Positions 29,884-43,106 are shown, counted from the first letter of the stretch. The stretch: DNA of 64,000 nucleotides from Asterias rubens (GCF_902459465.1 NC_047063.1:13392001-13456000), one strand, 5' to 3'. Made by a program: numbers and translations. Notes: generated by a model from the sequence alone, not told the origin.

Positions 29884-32800
29884 ATCAACAATATTATCAT
29901 CAACTCTGCCAAAGATTTCTAGTCAAAATGTATTTGGACTGTTTTCAGTTTGCCGCTTGAGGGCGCTCTAACATTTGGTGACGCCATTGGTCTTATTTCT
30001 TTAAACCGGACCAAAGGTCTACATGTCAATCTACAAACCATTTAACAACGCCTTACAAAGCATCCCCAGGCACCTCCGGTTCGGACATATCAAATAAGTT
30101 AGTTGGTCGGTGGTTCAATTACCTTTATATGAGTGTTTTTTGTTTCCAATAAAAATTTAGCAAACGTCACTTTTCTTTTTGTACAGGTCTTGGCAAAGCT
30201 TTAAGTTTTTTCTCCTTCTTTGGTGTTCTGGCGTCCTACTTCAGTGAGAACTATTCGGTAGCTATTGCGATAGCATCATCAAGTATACCAATCTCGATGA
30301 TCGTGTATGGTCCCTTGACACAGATACTTCTGGATACATACGGCTGGCGTGGAACCATGCTGATAATGGGTGGTATTACTTCTCACATCTTAGTATGCGG
30401 TGAATTGCTTATAGCTCCTGCAGTATCTTCACCAACAAATAGAGAACAGTACCAACAGGTACCAAACGATGCAGCGGATGGAGACGACATTTCAAAGGAG
30501 GGAGACGACATTCCTTCTTTCAAATCCCACCAGGGAAAGATTTCGACGATTAAGGGGAACATCCAGCGTTTCTTTACATCTATGGACTTTAAAATACTGG
30601 CAAACAAAAGATTTATATTTCTATCTGCAGCAATGAGTTGCGTTAATTTCTGCTTCAGTGGGTGGGTAGTAAACATGGTGTCACATGGTGTATTCCAGGG
30701 GCTGAGCAGTAACCAAGCTTCACTGTTACCAACAGCATTCGGGATTGGATACTTCCTCGGCAAGTTCATGGAACCTTTGTTGGATCGCACGCGACTGAAG
30801 CTTTCTACATGCACATGGGTCTATCTTGGCTGCGTCATCATGTTTGCCTCATATCTTATCGAAGCTTTCATGATATTGTTCCCAGTGCAGATGCTCGTCA
30901 CGTGGTTCATTGGAACGGGACTTGGTATTGTAACGCAGTCACGTGACGTCCTAGTGCGGTTTTTGACGTCAGATGACCGAATCGTAGCTGTGATGTCCTG
31001 GCAGTCGCTTTTAGGTGGATTATGTGCGATGGGAAGTGGATTGCTAACAGGTGGGTTACATAAAGTTACTTTTTTGCAGCCGTGTGCGATGCCGAAACAT
31101 TTACTAAATGGCCTGATTGACTTCCATTCAACTTATTCACAAAATAAATAAATTAATAACTGTGATTAAGTAACTAGACGACAATACTTCTACTCATTGT
31201 GGAAACAGCGGTTAGCTTCAAGCATTCCACCTTATGCCCAGAAGTCATGCAGCTGACCTAAGGCGACGTTTCTCCCTCCCGAAAGGAACACAGTATAAAG
31301 GTCACATTTAGGTGGACATTTTTAAAACACCCCCTTACAGTCGGCAAAAAGCACACTGACGTGCACTGATGTTTAACACTCAAAATAAAACTATGTTTAT
31401 TGTTGTGTTTGCTTTCAGGGTTGATTTACGAATGGACAGGAAGTTTTCAAGGGGCTCTCATTATGTACAGTGGCATCATGCTGATTTCGATCTTGTTGTT
31501 TATCATATATGATAAAATAACAAAACGAGAACAGGACCAATGTTAGCTCCGGATTTTTGGATTGAGCAACAACCAAGTACCCTAAGCCTGAACCTAAAAA
31601 AAAAGAAGCAAAAACGAAAAATCAGTACATTGGTGCAGTCGTTTATCTAGCTGGCCCTCGGAGGCTTTACACGTTCTTTTTTAAAATAGTACAGCGTATC
31701 AAGATGCAGCTTAGGCTTGCTTTATTTTCCAGAAAGAACACTTAGTCAACCCTCTGTACTTAAAACTTTAAATAAGCAAACTTTCAAAGTTCTAATCTAA
31801 TAACAAATCATCAAACACCGAATTTATTTTCTACTCACCACGGTTCCATCACTCACATGAAGACAAGATGACAAACTTGAAGAAAAAAAAACTCATGAGG
31901 GCCCAAAAGTGTGTTTGGGTCAAAGGTTGTACTTTACGCTTTGTCAATAGAATTGAAGTCTTAAGACACGATTGATATCAATCTTTTCTCACGTTCGATT
32001 GATCTTACGCTAAGATTGTTTTTTATGAAACATACTTTTACAATTAATTGTAGACTAAGATTGATTCAGAAATATTTATAGTTAAGATGAATTGTATACA
32101 TGTTCTTATGAAACATCCCCAGGTAGAATACATGGGGCCCTTTTTACCGTTGAGGAAAGGATCCCACGCCTTTGGACTTGGGACAAATTTTAACTCGTCC
32201 CAACTCCTAAGCTGTAAAGTTCCATATCCATAGACCTTAGGACGCAATTGAACCCATCCTAAGTGTAGGACGAGTTACTCAACTCAAGATAGTACTGAGT
32301 TTTCAACTTTGTAGTAGTCTTGTGTTTGGACGGTAGACCATCTTTTTTTAATGTATAAATCATCTGATGAGGTTCGATGCTTGTCACCGCTTTCTGATCT
32401 AGAGGGAATAGTCTTTTATAAGAACGCATTATCTAGAGGAGCTTGTATAACTTTAAGAACCTGGGATGGAGTTTCCATAAACAACATGTATGTTGGCGAT
32501 TCCGTGGTAACACGCGTTATAACTCATTAGAGGGTCCTTCATCATTCTCCATTCTCATCTACGGCTGCAAGACTAAAATGATTTGAGTGTTCATCTTTTG
32601 TATTTAAAACCCAAACCCAATCATCAATTTAAAATAAAAGATCAACTGGTTTAGCTGAGAGAGCTCAGCGAAAATCGGTAACACGCGTTACGCTGAGTGC
32701 AAAGGCCAAACAAAAGTACAAACTTGTATCTAAATTTTGTCCTAAAATTAACCAGTCTACAACAAATTGGTGTCTTTTGTCATCAAGTACTATGCTAAAG

Positions 32801-33109
32801 GTTTGTTAAACTGGAATAATCAAAGTAATTCAAGTGTTACTTTTTTAGAAAATTGCAAAATTGTCGGTAACACGCGTTACAATTTTCCACATGCTACATT
32901 GTTTATAAAATTATGTTATTTCAACTGTCGAGTTACAATTTCTCTAAAATATCAACCAATATCGGTTGCACAGGTATCGATTTCTCATTTTTAGAACATC
33001 GGACAAACAATTTTGAAAATGTTTGTACGTCTCGTTGTCTTTCAAGAAGTAAACGATACACCAGAAATACTTGAATGCATTTTAGTTTTCCATACCGGTA
33101 CATTTTGCC

Positions 33110-33486
33110 CGAACAACATGATATGGCCACACACGTATATATGTGTATGCAAAGTGGAGACCTTCGAGCATTTCGCCTTTTCTGGGACGGGAGATAAGTT
33201 TGGGGCTTATCCATGAATGATGATAGTAGAGGACAATAACATGGCTGACAGCATCCACTGATGCTTGCTTAAAGGAACTCGTTGCCTTGGATCGGTCGAA
33301 CAACATGATATGGCCACACACGTATATATGTGTATGCAAAGTGGAGACCTTCGAGCATTTCGCCTTTTCTGGGACGGGAGATAAGTTTGGGGCTTATCCA
33401 TAAATGATGATAGTAGAGGACAATAACATGGCTGACAGCATCCACTGATGCTTGCTTAAAGGAACTCGTTGCCTTGGATCGGTCGA
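33110..33486. repeat. Tandem duplication, 2 x 187 bp
   Basis: 33110-33296 vs 33297-33483, one substitution, CGA microhomology at the junction. Confidence 0.95.
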
Positions 33487-33637
33487 GTTGGTCTTTGAAA
33501 AGCGTTCTGTAACCGTTCAAGTTCGATGACCGATTAAGCTCAAAGTTTCACAGGTTTGTTATTTTATGCATATGTTAAGATACACCAACTGCGAAGACTA
33601 GTCTTTGACAATTACCAATAATGTCCACTGCCTTTAA
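33456..33637 (+). mobile_element. TTAA-flanked chimeric MITE (family B left end + family A right end)
   Basis: TTAA-AGGAACTCGTTGCCTTGGATCGG ... CCAATAATGTCCACTGCCT-TTAA. Confidence 0.65.
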
Positions 33638-35539
33638 TGGAACTCATAGAACTGTACAAGCCAGCCAGGAGCCTCCCATCATCTCCAGATACCAAACTAC
33701 TATTTGTAGTACCCAAGCCCATAGGCGACAGAAGTTTCAACGATGCTGTCCAAACATTCAGGAACAATTACCCAACAACAGTCGCCACTCTCATTAGCAG
33801 CTTTAAATATATCAATTATAAGTTATTTGCTTAATAAATCACTCACGGGTGTTTTACTGTATGCTTGTTGCTTCATTGTGTTTCAAGCGCTTACTTAGAC
33901 GATCTCGTAGTTAGAATGCAATATAAATGATCTGCAATAACAATTTGTATTTCTAATGTAATCAGTAAAGCTCACATTAATTAATTATGAGTCAAGGTCA
34001 CATTTTTTGTAACGCCTGTGCAACTTTATTTAGTAGTTTAAAGGGACACGTTGCCATTGGTGGGTCGAGTCGGTATAAAACAGTGTTATTTTATTTGTTT
34101 TTTATTTTAATTCGTGGGACAAAAAAGCAAACACTAAAACAAGCACAGGCCGTCCAGGGAAGGGCAAACGTCAACAAACATTCATCAAAAAAGATGTTCC
34201 CTCCCAGACCTTGCTCATAAAAAGTACACATTTATGTACTATACATTAAACACTCTAAAATTGCAGTACAAATTTAAACAAACGATGGCAAGTAAAAAGC
34301 AATTACACAAACGATATACACAAGGTACTTTTTCAAAATGTCCACAGACTCACACCAAACCTACAGGGCCCGAAGACAATGACAGTAGAAAGCTCTGCAG
34401 CCCCTGAGAAATGAGCGAATCGAGTCACAAAACATATTGCGTCTCAGTGAGATGAACATAATTTTAGTATGCAAAAACCCATCAACCAGCCATGATATTA
34501 TACCAAAACATCCCATAACTGACCAATAAGCCCCTGCACGCCAAAACTGAGACGAAAATTAACTTGTTATACACCAACTCGCCCTATCAAAGGAAATGTG
34601 TCCATTTAAACCCTTTCATAAAATGTGCATACGTGTAGATTGTTAAAATGGCTTATGTACTTCAGAATTTACATTTTTTAAATTGTGAAACCATGTAAAT
34701 CATCAACTAACGGCGTCATGAAAACATTCCACAGAGCTGTCATTCACTAGTGCAGATCTAACACAGCATGAAGTGTAAAGAAACAGTCTGGTGTACACAA
34801 ATCGTGTTCCAATGATAGAAGTTATTATAAGTAATTTACATTTTTGTTTTAAGCTTCCGGCTTGAACGAAACTCAAGGTCAAATGCGGTCACACTCTGGG
34901 AGCAAATGTTTAGTTTTTGAAGACCTTTCAGATGAGGATGATGAATACACTAAAAAAAAAAACAATGTGTGGTTCAGGATGTTTTTTCTTTTTGAAATGT
35001 TATTAAAATTTAATCCAATTCAATTCAATTCCATTTAATGTAATTCAAATCATATCATTACCCGTCCGCATTCAAACTGTCTGATGGATATCAGTGTTAT
35101 TAGTTGTAATTTATTTATGAGTTTCGCTTTAGAGAAATGAGAGAGAATATGAAGACGAAGAATTAACCAGAACAGAACAAACACAATTTTAAAAAAGGAA
35201 ATAAAAAACACAAATAAAACCAAGATTTGTCTTTGTAATTTCCCACTTGTGTCAAATGTTGAATTTGGCGGTATGGGTCAATTCTGAAGGTGTGTCTTTC
35301 TTTTGTGTCTTCGTTAAACTGGCCATTCCCCGAATACAATTTAAAGTTTGAGCTCTAGTGAGTATTTTTGTAGAATTAACTCCTCCTTCAATTACAAAGA
35401 TGTTATTGTAATTCTCATATAAACTTAAATCGATTATTGTAGACTTGCCCGTTGTTTTAAGTCTTGTTGGCCTATTGCCCTTTTCACTGTGTGGTGTTTT
35501 TTGATAAAGATAATTACATAATCGTCATCATGTGGGTTT

Positions 35540-37920
35540 TACTTTCTTCAGCTGTGGGATATATAGTCCTTCCTCCCATTGGTGGACATCATACAGTCCT
35601 TCCGAGATGGGGGACATTTACAAGTCCTACATCAGTTGGGGACATACAGTCCTTCTGCAGTTGGGCGACCCACAGTTTTCTCCACATACAGTCTTATTTA
35701 AGTAGGGGGACATACAGTCCTACAGTTAGGGGAACATACAGTCCTTCTCCCATTTTGAGACATATAGTCCTACTTCAGTTGGGGGACATACAGTCCTTCC
35801 CAGATGGGCGACATTTACATGTCCTACATCAGTTGGGGGACATTCGGGCCTACAGTCTTTTTTCAGTTGGAGGACTGTGACATACAGTCCTTCTCCCATT
35901 GGGGGAAATACATCTACAGTTGGGGACATACAGTCCTTCAGTTGGGACACATACAGTTTTTCTCCACATACATTCCTATTTAAGTAGGGGGACACAGTCC
36001 TACTTCAGTTGGGCGACACACAGTCCTTCTTCAGTTGGGGGACACACAGTCATACTTCATTTGGGGGACATATACAGTCCTTCTTCAGTTGGGGGACATA
36101 CAGTCCTTCTTCAGTTGGGCGACACACAGTCCTACTTCAGTTGGGGGACATACAGTCCTTCTCCCGTTTGGGGAAATACAGTCATTCTACAGTTTGGGGA
36201 CATACAGTCTTTCTTCGGTTGGGGTACATACAGCCCTTCTTCAATTGGGGACATACAGTCCTTCTTTAGCTAGAGGCCATGCAGTCCATTTTCAGTTGGG
36301 GAACATTAGTTTCTTCTTCAATAGGGAGACACAATCCTTTCTTAAGTTGGGGACATGCAATCCTTCTCCTATTGGGGGTCAGTCCTTCTTCAGTTGGGGG
36401 ACATACAGTCCGTCATCATTGGGGGACATACAATCCTTTAGTTTGGGGACTACTCAGTCATTCTTCTGTTGATGGACAAATAGTGCTTTTTAAATTGGTG
36501 ACAAACAGCCTTCCGCTGGGGGACATACAGTCCTTCTCCCATTTGGGGATATCAGTCATTCTTCAGTGGGGGGACATACAGTCCTTCTTCAGTTGGGAGA
36601 CCTACAGTTTTTCACCACACAGTCCTATTTAAGTAAGGGGAAATACAGTCCTATTTCAGGATGGGGAAATACAGTCCTTCAGTTGGGGGACATACAGTCC
36701 TTCTCCCATTGGGGACATACAGTCCTATTTCAGGATGGGGAAATACAGTCCTTCAGTTTTGGGACATACAGTCCTATTTCAGTTGGTCTTCAGTTGGGGG
36801 ACATACAGTCCTTCTCCCATTGGGGGACTAATCATTCCTTTTTCAGTTCGTTTTCATCAGTTGGGGGACATACAGTCCTTCCCCCCATTGGGGGACATAC
36901 AGTCCTACTTCAGTTGGTCTTCAGTTGGGGGACGTCAGTCCTTCGTCCGTTCGGGGACATACAGTCCTACTTCAGTTGGGGGACATACAGTCGTTCTCCC
37001 ATATGGGGGACAAACAGTCCTTTTCTGTTTGGGGACATACAGTCTTTCTTCAGTTTGGGGACATTCAATCCTTCTCCCATTGGGGGACATACTGTCCTAC
37101 TTCAGTTGGTCTTCATGAGTTGGGGGACATACAGTCCTACTTCAGTTGGTCTTCATGAGTTGGGGGACATACAGTCCTACATCAGTTGGGGGACATACAG
37201 TCCTTCTCCCAATGGGGACATACAGTCCTTCAGCTGGGGGGACATATATATGCTTTCAGTTCGGGAACTAACAATCCTTCTTCAATTGGCGACATACACT
37301 CTTTCTACAGTTGAGGGACATAATATAGTCCTTCGTCGGTTCGAAGACCTACAGTCCTACTTCAGTCGGGGGATAGAGTCCCTACTTCAGTTGGTGTATC
37401 ACAGTCATACTTCAGTTGGGGGACTTTTCAGTTTAGTGACATACAGTCCTACGTTAGTTGTCGACATATAGTCCTTCAGTTTAGTGACATACAGTCCTAC
37501 GTTAGTTGTCGACATATAGTCCTTCAGTTGGGGACATACAGTCCTTCTTCAGTTTGGCGACATATAACCCTTGTTCAGTTGGTGATATACAGTCCTTCAG
37601 TTAGGGGGACCGCATGCAGCCCTTCTTCAGCTTGGCGACATAGAGTACTCCAATTGGGGAACATACAGTCTTTCTTCAGTCGGGGGGCTAACCGTCCTAC
37701 TTCAGTTGGGGGACACAGTCCTACTTCAGTTAGGGAACACACAGTCCTACTTTAATTGTATTACATACAGTCCTTCTGCAGTTGTATTTCAGTTGGGAAC
37801 TTTATAGTTGGTGACATACATTCCTACTTCAGTTCTACTTCAGTTGGTGACGTAAGTACCTTAATTGTTAAGTTGATGACACAGGACCCTTCATCAGTTG
37901 GTGGCATACAGTCCTCAAAG
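35540..37920 (+). repeat. Degenerate minisatellite array, ~23-26-bp unit CTTCAGTTGGGGGACATACAGTCCT(T/A)
   Basis: Unit visible throughout about 2.4 kb, with recurring variant blocks. Confidence 0.92.
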
Positions 37921-38699
37921 CGTGGTTGGCTCTATCACCCCTGCGATAGTCACACCTTCTTCAGCTGTCGGGTGTTTGTCAACTCCAATGGAATCGACTC
38001 AATCTGCAGTAGCAATTAGAAAATAAACCGTTTTTAATATTAATTTTGATAAACTATTTCGTGTCAAGTATTTGCTAAAGAATAGATAAAATTTGAATGC
38101 TGTCATGGAAGAAAATGCTTGTCCAGTTTAAATCAGTTCTGTATCCCACTGAATTTACACAGCATGACAAAACATTAGAACATAATTTTTGTGTTAAGTG
38201 TATTTTAAAGCATTTTCCCACCAAACCAAAGGAAGGGAATTCATGGATTGTTTCAAACTCTAATAATGTTAAACCCTCTAATATATTCTTATTCTGAAGT
38301 TTCAATTCTTTTGATAATTAGTGTATGGTCCTTTTCTTTTAAGAAATGATTCAAAGAGGCGACTTTTCTTCAAGTTTAACAACCGCTCTGTTGGTGGCTC
38401 TGATGCTTATTGGGGCCTGCTTTTGTCACCACTTCAAAAGAGACTGCCCAACTGAGTGAAGATTGAGACAAAGTTCTCTCTTCACATTTACACAATCTTA
38501 GTTTTGACCTCGGTGAGCTGGTTGTACAAGTTTGCTGTTGTATGATCTCAATTAATACAATAGATTTGCATTGTAGAACTGTCTGGACCACTTTTTGTTT
38601 TGTCAGACATCCAAAGACACATGCCAAAAGATACAAAGCGCCAGGTATTATTACTGCAAGGAGTGGGACGAAGTTTGAGATATAAGACCTAATCCTTAA

Positions 38700-38980
38700 G
38701 CACCATGTAATGGTTTACAAGGTGCTGTGGCGCAATATGCTGCCAATCCAGCCAGGAACACCGGGGCGGACCCCTTCTCTTTCCGATTAAGTGTGCTGGG
38801 TTCTTTTACATGCATTTACAAAAACACATGGGACCAAACGGCTTTACGTCCCATCCGAAGGACAAAGCAATGGTTGTGTGTCTTGCTTAAGGACACAAGT
38901 GTCACGGCTTGGGATTCGAACCCACGCTCTGCTGATCAGAAACACCAGAGTTTGAATTCGGTGCTCTTAACCGCTCGGCC
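38700..38980 (-). mobile_element. tRNA-derived SINE (second family)
   Basis: The - strand reads GGCCGAGCGGTTAAG (A box) ... GGTTCGAATCCC (B box) followed by a CTTGTGTCCTTAAGCAAGACAC body. Confidence 0.75.
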
Positions 38981-39018
38981 GAGAGACTCCCAACAGTCCT
39001 TCGCCCCATACAGCTGCT

Positions 39019-39261
39019 GGGCCGATTTCATAGAGCTGCTCAGAACACAAACATACTTAGCATGAAATTTCTGCCTTGATAAAAAAAGAATTACCAACTA
39101 TATTTCCACATGATTTTCAGACAAATAACAGCTGAATAAAAGTAACAAGCAATTTAATGCAATAAATGGAAATGGCGTTGGTATGTCTGTTTTTATATAA
39201 TTATGAGATATTTCATGCTAAGCAATTTTTGTGTGCTTAGCAACTCTATGAAATTGAGCCC
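39019..39261. mobile_element. Harbinger-like MITE
   Basis: GGGCCGATTTCATAGAGCTGCT ... AGCAACTCTATGAAATTGAGCCC imperfect TIRs; TSD not clean. Confidence 0.6.
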
Positions 39262-41833
39262 ATGTGATATACAGTTCAAACATTATTAATTAGCCTCACG
39301 ATCCCTACCTCACTTCAACAGTTCAATGTGTAGTTGATAGTCATCTAACTAGACTGACACAGTACTTCTTCAGTCGGTGACAGACAGTGTAAACAGGGTT
39401 TTTGGCCTCATCCATCATGACAATGATGGCACCTTTTCAGATGATGGCTGTATGTTGCCTCCAACATCATTGTCTCAAGCTGCAGTAGAAGAAAAGAAAA
39501 CGATTTGCAAAAAGATTATTAGAGTAAGCTAGTTGAAAACAAGTATCATTGGTCGCCTAAAAAATATTTTAAACAGAATGCTCTCAATCATGTGCACAAA
39601 AATCTCCTCTGTTCAGTCCTTTAAACCATTGACTCGGAACTGTACACAATGTCACAATATTCCAGGAAATGTTCATTTTGTGCTTTCAAAACCTTTTCCC
39701 CTTTATCAGTTGGTTGACCGTTGCATTGCATGTTTTTAATGCAAACAAACTGAATGTTGAGTATTTTTTCCACACTACTTTACCACAGCAAGTGCCTTCC
39801 ATGGAGTCAAAGAGCTGTCATCTATGCACAATTGTTAGCCACAACAACTAGTTTAGCAATAACCGGTCACAGACTTTACAAAACTAAACGTTTGGAGCCT
39901 GTGAAAAAGGCCCTGTTTAGCGCTCTACATGAAACGGGTTAGTGGCTGCAGGAGGTAATTAAAAGCTGCAAAAAGAAATGGTAAGAAGCTGTTGAGAAAA
40001 GGGATTGCTGGTTTTCTTATTACTCTTGACACTTACACTGATACTTGACCTGTTAAACTTGACCTTTGCTGCAAGGAGTTGACCTCACTGACCTCCAGTC
40101 ACTCATCAGGGACATCAAAGGGAGAGTCTTCAGCGTCAACTCAGTGTTTACTTGTGATGGTGCAGTTTTGAGTTCTTGGTTCAGAAATGAAACATTTTTT
40201 TTCGTTTAGGGACTTTTAATTTCTGCCCTTAAAACCTAGCATGAAAATACAATAAAAGAAATGAGTGAACATCTAGGAACCAAGACTATAAGACAAACGC
40301 CAGTCACACCTTATAATTAACCTAATGTCAGTGAACCTGCTGATGAAAGAGTGTGTTAGAGTTATAATTTAGTCTTTATCTCCAGGGCAACACTTTAGAT
40401 ACTTTACTCCTTTTACTGTCTTAACATTCATACGCACCTAAACATCACTGACGTCTTATCTCCAACTGATGATCTTCCCCTTTCTCCATCCGTTGCACCC
40501 TCCTTTTCTTCTTTTTTGTCCATTGTCCATTGTTTATTGTTGTCCCTAGTTTGTGTTTCTTACTTTACAACAGCGCTCGCAATTGCTGGTATTGGGTTTT
40601 AAACATTTATGTGATTGGAACAGGAACCAACCCCTTCTCTTTTTGACATGACAGAGAAGGAAAGGTTACAGCTGCATTTTGTTGTCTTATTATTTTCATT
40701 TTTGAGTGACTTAATTTTGCCATTCTTAGTTGAAAACGCATACATTCACAATTAATTTTATGTTGTTATTAGCAAAAAAGTAATAAAACTTTAGCTGGTA
40801 TAAATTATCTATTTATCACTCCTTAACCAAACACTAATCATTAAGTGAATGTGATTGCCAACTGTAGTACTGACTACCATACTTTTTAGAAAACATTAAT
40901 GCTTTAGTGTTTCGGGGACCCACATTGCAAAGCACAGCAGCAAGGATGACACAATGTCTAAATCAAGTACATTGATCAAATGTATTGATTTACGTTTTGA
41001 CTACTTTAAAACCTAGATGTTGATCTAGATAAGTAAAGATCACAGCTATGTTTTTATTTGAATTTGTGTATTCAAAGAATTTAGGTTATTCGTGGTCATG
41101 CTTAGCTGAAAATGTATCATTCAGAATTGATGTAGTGCTGATCATAGGAATGTGTAAACATGTATTTAGCACACATGTCTAAACTATATATATTAACACT
41201 CCCACGTCAAACATTAATCGTCAAATGAAAAATCGGACTGAAATATTTTACTGCACAGTTAAATCTCTTAAAAACACTTTAAAATGGTGCAGGGTTTTAT
41301 GGTCAACCTTAAGAGCATAAAGCACCAACCAAGGGGTCATAATAACAAATTTGTCTAAATCTTTTTAAATGTTTTTTTTTAATTATCTACTTATTAGTTT
41401 TAATGCTTTTGCTTTAACTTAATGCTTTTTGCTTTAATGATTTTTTTGTAATGGTATTTTGTACTCCTCATATAAACATAACGGTATTTTAATTTATTTT
41501 TAAATGAAACGATGACAATTACATACAATGAACATGACAACTGACGACTTGAAGTATTAACAACTGCAAAAATGTCCAGTAAGACTAGTCTCCTAATTAA
41601 AAAGCATCATTGGCTTCGACCAATATGCAACTCAAGAAATGCCAAGACAGTGTGACGTCACCAGAAAAGCTATACAAGTAAGGACAACATCAACAAGATT
41701 GACGAACATCGTGGGGGGAAGGGGAAGTACTAGGGGTGGGACTCTGCAAGAGAACGGGTTAGCTCTTCTCTTACTCTTTGAAGTCTTCAGCTTGTCTTGA
41801 TCTTGTCTTGGTCTTGAAATTCAACTTGCGTTA

Positions 41834-42110
41834 TCCGACCTCCACTTAAATCCATCAATAATTTGACTTTCAATCTTATTGTATGATATTTCATGTAATG
41901 AAAAGTCTTTTTATTTCCTGAACCACCAAAATGAGTTTTATGTTCTGAAAACTCAATTTCATTCAATTCATTTATTTGTCGAGTGTGAAAAATATGAGTT
42001 TATTTGCTGCAAGTTGCTTGAGAGATCACAAAACACCACAGAAATGGAAATGAAGTCCATTTTTAAATGCAGTGAATGTCATCAGACAAACTGTCAAAGT
42101 GGAGGTCGGA
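41834..42110. mobile_element. 277-bp MITE with 14-bp TIRs and TA TSD
   Basis: TA-TCCGACCTCCACTT ... AAGTGGAGGTCGGA-TA. Confidence 0.6.
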
Positions 42111-43022
42111 TATAGTGCAAAGTTGCTTTTACCTTGGTCCTTTGGTGACCTCCATTGACATCCACATATCCAAAGATAGTCAACTGCTACCATATCACAA
42201 TTTCTTCATGGTGGCCATCAGCTCACAGTCTCATCTATCTGTTCAATTGGCCCACCGCTGGGTGTTGGGTCCTGGCTGCTGTGAGCTGGGTCTGCCGCAG
42301 TCAATAGTCGTCCCCAATCGTGGTCCTCCTACCAGAACAAAACAGACATCAAACAAAGTTCATCAACAATGCAAAAATTTAGATGGGGGTAATTTGGCTA
42401 TCATTTTAGCACAGTTTAGGGAAGAAACGTGTCCTCCCCCACGTTTTTACCAAAATATTTGCCTGGCGTCATAGTGTTGGAAAAAACACACAATTTTGGG
42501 GGTCAGCTGTTACCAGGGCAACCACATAACAGTTTCCGATTCAACTCAATGCAATTTTAAAACTAAAATGTCAGTTAAAAAAAATTAACATTTTATCTAG
42601 GTACAACTTACAGTAAAGAAAAGAGATAAATTTGTAAAAATGTTTACAGAAAGGCAAAAGGCCCCCCCCCCCCTTAAAAAAAATAAATCAAAATACAGTG
42701 ACAGAGTTCTTTATTCACCAACACTTATAAGGGCGATGACCAACAATTAATACACACCTAATGGTTACAGTTTTGTAAGTACTGGAAGGTTGCGAAACAC
42801 ATGAACAAAGGAGGCTTAACAAATCTGTAGTTGATACGCAAACCAGGAACAACAAAAGAGGGACAAAAAGCAGGGGAATATCTTTTGAATTTGGTTTAAT
42901 AAGTGGCAAGCATTGGGCAAGATTGATATTCTTAAGCTATTAGTGTGGGTTTGTGGAGGAGGGCGAATTATTTTTGATTTATGTGTTTTGAGGCATTGCA
43001 TACGGTGAGGTATCAATATGTA

Positions 43023-43106
43023 TTTGGTTTGTGGTAACACCATGTGTGTATCTACTTCTCAGAGAAACTCTACCTGGCAAGTATGATGGTGTTACCGCAA
43101 ACCAAA
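43023..43106. mobile_element. Small internally deleted MITE/hairpin
   Basis: TTTGGTTTGTGGTAACACCAT / ATGGTGTTACCGCAAACCAAA, 21-bp arms with one mismatch. Confidence 0.65.

Larger units (their letters stand above)
27740..31546 (+). pseudogene. SLC16: SLC16/monocarboxylate transporter-like paralogue 3; +1 frameshift in exon 2 (pseudogene or sequence error)
   Basis: Exons 27740-27950, 28513-28660 (148 nt vs 147 in paralogues; GTGTTTACAG vs GTGTTACAG), 30187-31050, 31419-31546. All other exons are open and splice sites intact. Confidence 0.8.

Noticed and set aside
35464-37755. Many long + strand ORFs (up to 301 aa) with LQLGDIQS/FSWGTYSP/SVGGHTVL repeats
   Set aside because: They are translations of the minisatellite, whose unit is stop-free in all three + frames. 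Frames switch freely, which argues against coding.
35540-37920. CRISPR-like array (short palindromic repeats)
   Set aside because: No unique spacers of constant length, units are degenerate and abut directly, no cas genes, eukaryotic context.
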